Positions 61,322-64,000 of a stretch of 64,000 nucleotides of DNA are shown here, one piece after another. The notes below the pieces were generated by a model, which was given only the letters and a program-made list of their open reading frames with translations, was not told the DNA's origin and made no database searches. Position numbers and translations under genes: made by a program. Origin of the DNA: an uncultured Bacteroidota bacterium. GTDB lineage: Bacteria; Bacteroidota; Bacteroidia; Bacteroidales; GCA-2748055. Every line of letters starts with the position of its first letter. Positions within the stretch are counted from its first letter, which is position 1. The stretch spans positions 1,491-65,490 of the forward strand of contig CAVQUO010000024.1 of assembly GCA_963716765.1 (NCBI GenBank), written 5' to 3'.

Positions 61322-63087
61322 TTATGAAATCCATTCAGCCACCTGCTCCATGGTCACGGTCCCGATCTCCAGTTTGTTCTTCTTCCGGTAACCCATCATC
61401 TCCTGGTGGAGTTTGCCGGGTTTTTCCAGTTCCTTGATTTTGTCAATGGTATCGTATCCCAGTGCTTTCAAGGCGTCCACCCACTCTTCCGGAACCCCCA
61501 GCGCTAAAAAATCATTCTTTTGACTTTCGACTTTAGGCTTTTGACTCGATGCGACTTCTGGTCGCATCTGCGGGAAGAAGAGTACCTCCTGGATGCTGGT
61601 CTGGTTGGTCATGAGCATGACAAGCCGGTCCATGCCCAGTCCCATTCCCGAGGTGGGGGGCATGCCGTATTCAAGGGCGCGGACAAAGTCCATATCGATG
61701 AACATGGCCTCATCGTCTCCCTTCTCGGATAGCTTCATCTGCTCCTGGAACCTGGACAGCTGATCGATGGGGTCGTTCAGTTCTGTGTAGGCATTACACA
61801 GCTCTTTACCATTGACCATTAGTTCGAACCTTTCGGTGAGTTCGGGATTGTCACGGTGCTTTTTACAAAGGGGTGACATTTCCACGGGGTAGTCGATGAT
61901 GAAGGTGGGCTGAATCATATGTGGCTCAGCCTTTTCACCAAAGATCTCGTCGATGATTTTGCCCTTGCCCATGGAGTCGTCGAGCTCCACATTCAGGTTT
62001 TTGGCCACCTCCCTGAGGCCGGCTTCATCCAGTCCTTCAATATCGTATCCGGTGCTTTCTTTAATGGCATCCTTCATGGTGATGCGTTTGAAGGGACTTT
62101 TGAAATCGATCTCCTGATCACCCACCATCAGCCTGGTAGTACCATGAAGGTCCAGGGCTACCTTCTCGATCATTTCCTCGGTGAAGTCCATCATCCATTT
62201 GTAGTCCTTGTAGGCCACATAAATCTCCATCACCGTGAATTCGGGATTGTGGGTCCGGTCCATCCCTTCGTTCCGGAAATCTTTGGAGAATTCATATACG
62301 CCATCGTATCCACCCACGATCAGCCTCTTCAGGTAAAGTTCATTGGCAATACGAAGGTAGAGGGGGATGTCCAGGGAATTGTGATGGGTGATGAAGGGTC
62401 GGGCAGCTGCGCCTCCCGGGATGGGTTGAAGAACCGGGGTCTCAACCTCCAGGTATCCTCTTTCGTTAAACAGCTTCCGCAGGGTGGTGTAGACCTGTGT
62501 GCGTTTCCTGAACAACTCCCTTGATGAAGGATTCACAATCAGGTCAACGTAACGTTGCCTGTAGCGAAATTCGGGATCGGTTACCGCATCATAGACTTTT
62601 CCGTCGGCTTCCTTCACAATGGGTAAGGGCCTGATCGATTTACTGAGAATATAAAGTTCCTTGACATGGATAGAGATCTCACCCACCTGGGTGCGGAAGG
62701 CATGGCCTTTGACTCCGATGATATCACCCCATATCCAGGAGCTTCTTGAATACCGTATTGTAAAGGGTTTTATCTTCGTCCGGGACAGATTTCATCTCTG
62801 TTCAGGTAGATTTGAATCCTTCCTGCCGAGTCCTGGATTTCGGCAAAGGAGGCCTTCCCCATAATTCGGCGGCTCATGATCCGTCCGGCCAGGGAAACAT
62901 CCTGCAGCGCCTTTTCATCCTTCTCAAAGATTTTTTTTATTTCGAGGCTATTGTGGCTAATTTCGTAGGTCTCCGGGGGGTAGGGATTGATGCCCAGGCT
63001 TTTTATTTCTTCCAGTGAAGATCTCCTGATTTGCTCCTGTTCGCTGAGTTCGGGATTGTGCATTTTTGGATTTATTTTTCTGCTCAC
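61322..63087 (-). CDS. lysS: Lysine--tRNA ligase (class II) with a Bacteroidota-type C-terminal extension. Two frameshifts at about 62700 and 62745.
   Basis: OB-fold N-terminal part ([31 protein letters not shown]), traced junctions [41 protein letters not shown], and the class II core ([26 protein letters not shown]). Confidence 0.93.
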
Positions 63088-63161
63088 AAAGGTATAAAAA
63101 AGATTATGTTAATTTTGCAGCGAAGGAAGGGTGAAGACTGCCTGCTGTACTTGATAACATC

Positions 63162-64000
63162 ATGAAAAAAAACTGGGTAATAAAAGCACAGGGCGATGAG
63201 GAATTAATCGCCTCTTTATCCAGCGAGCTTACCATTACCAAGCCTCTGGCCCAGTTACTTATTCAGCGCGGAGTTTCCACCTTCGATGAGGCAAAAGCCT
63301 TTTTCCGTCCTGATCTTGCCAACCTTCATGATCCCTTTTTGATGAAAAATATGGATCTTGCCATCCACAGGATTCATGAGGCGATTCAGTCGGGTGAAAA
63401 GGTGATGATCTATGGCGATTATGATGTGGATGGTACCACCGCTGTTTCCCTGGTATATTCCTTTTTCAAGAATTACTTTAAAAATATCGATTATTATATT
63501 CCGGACCGCTATGATGAGGGTTATGGAATTTCAGTAAAGGGCATCGACCTGGCAGCACAGGGAGGTTTTACCCTGATCATTGCTCTGGATTGCGGGATTA
63601 AAGCGGTTGAAAAGGTCGAATATGCCCGTGAAAAGGGGATCGATTTTATTATCTGTGATCATCATAACCCGGGCGAAAAAATTCCCAATGCCGCTGCCGT
63701 TCTGGATCCAAAACAGCCCGGTTGCCATTATCCCTACAAGGAGCTTTCAGGCTGTGGTGTGGGATTGAAACTGATACAGGCCTTTGGCATTGATGCCAGA
63801 CTTCCCCCAACGCTTGCATACGATTATCTGGATCTGGTTGTGGTCAGCATTGCTTCTGATATTGTTCCCATTACAGGTGAAAACAGGATCATGGCCCATT
63901 TCGGGCTTAAAAAACTAAATGAGAATCCTTCCATCGGACTAAGGGCCATCTGTGATGTGGCTGGGATCGATTCAAAAGGTATTGATATTGAGGATATTGT
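63162..64000 (+). CDS. recJ: Single-stranded-DNA-specific exonuclease RecJ, 5' part (runs off the window end)
   Basis: Hand translation from the ATG at 63162 gives MKKNWVIKAQGDEELI...HDPFLMKNMD...VMIYGDYDVDGTTAVS (DHH motif I-II), IALDCG, ICDHH and LSGCGVG. Confidence 0.9.
   Translation, partial: MKKNWVIKAQGDEELIASLSSELTITKPLAQLLIQRGVSTFDEAKAFFRPDLANLHDPFLMKNMDLAIHRIHEAIQSGEKVMIYGDYDVDGTTAVSLVYSFFKNYFKNIDYYIPDRYDEGYGISVKGIDLAAQGGFTLIIALDCGIKAVEKVEYAREKGIDFIICDHHNPGEKIPNAAAVLDPKQPGCHYPYKELSGCGVGLKLIQAFGIDARLPPTLAYDYLDLVVVSIASDIVPITGENRIMAHFGLKKLNENPSIGLRAICDVAGIDSKGIDIEDI

Overview
This looks like a chromosomal segment of a Bacteroidota genome. Supporting signs are several T9SS C-terminal sorting domains, a PorP/SprF gene, the conserved purH-mreB-mreC-mreD-mrdA-rodA order, many lipoproteins and very few Shine-Dalgarno sites. 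I reconstruct about 60 protein genes and one tRNA-Thr(CGU). I saw no rRNA, CRISPR array, transposase, integrase or phage genes. Content is mostly housekeeping (cell-shape cluster, purH, rsmA, mgtE, upp, ppk2, lysS, recJ), glycoside hydrolases (GH65, GH2, GH9, GH27), peptidases and many exported proteins of unknown function. Two things dominate. (1) By my reading, about 20 genes, including essential ones, are interrupted by frameshifts, and one by an in-frame stop. The disruptions are patchy: none is visible between about 17.9 and 37.4 kb, while the GH2 gene and a beta-lactamase-family gene are shredded. The indels I traced by hand mostly sit in short homopolymer runs, so assembly or sequencing error is the leading explanation. 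For interrupted genes I give the span of the reconstructed gene. (2) The best candidate for an undescribed system is an intact, tightly packed minus-strand operon at 26825-35469. It encodes a receiver plus degenerate histidine-kinase protein, a 1027-aa ABC ATPase-permease with extra domains, three exported proteins with no family I recognise, PorP/SprF, and a PD40-SPOR protein. Secondary curiosities include a 40-bp perfect direct repeat bracketing a 1.6-kb three-gene module next to the tRNA, and five unrelated single-CxxCH exported proteins. All functional calls come from reading motifs by eye; no database search was possible.
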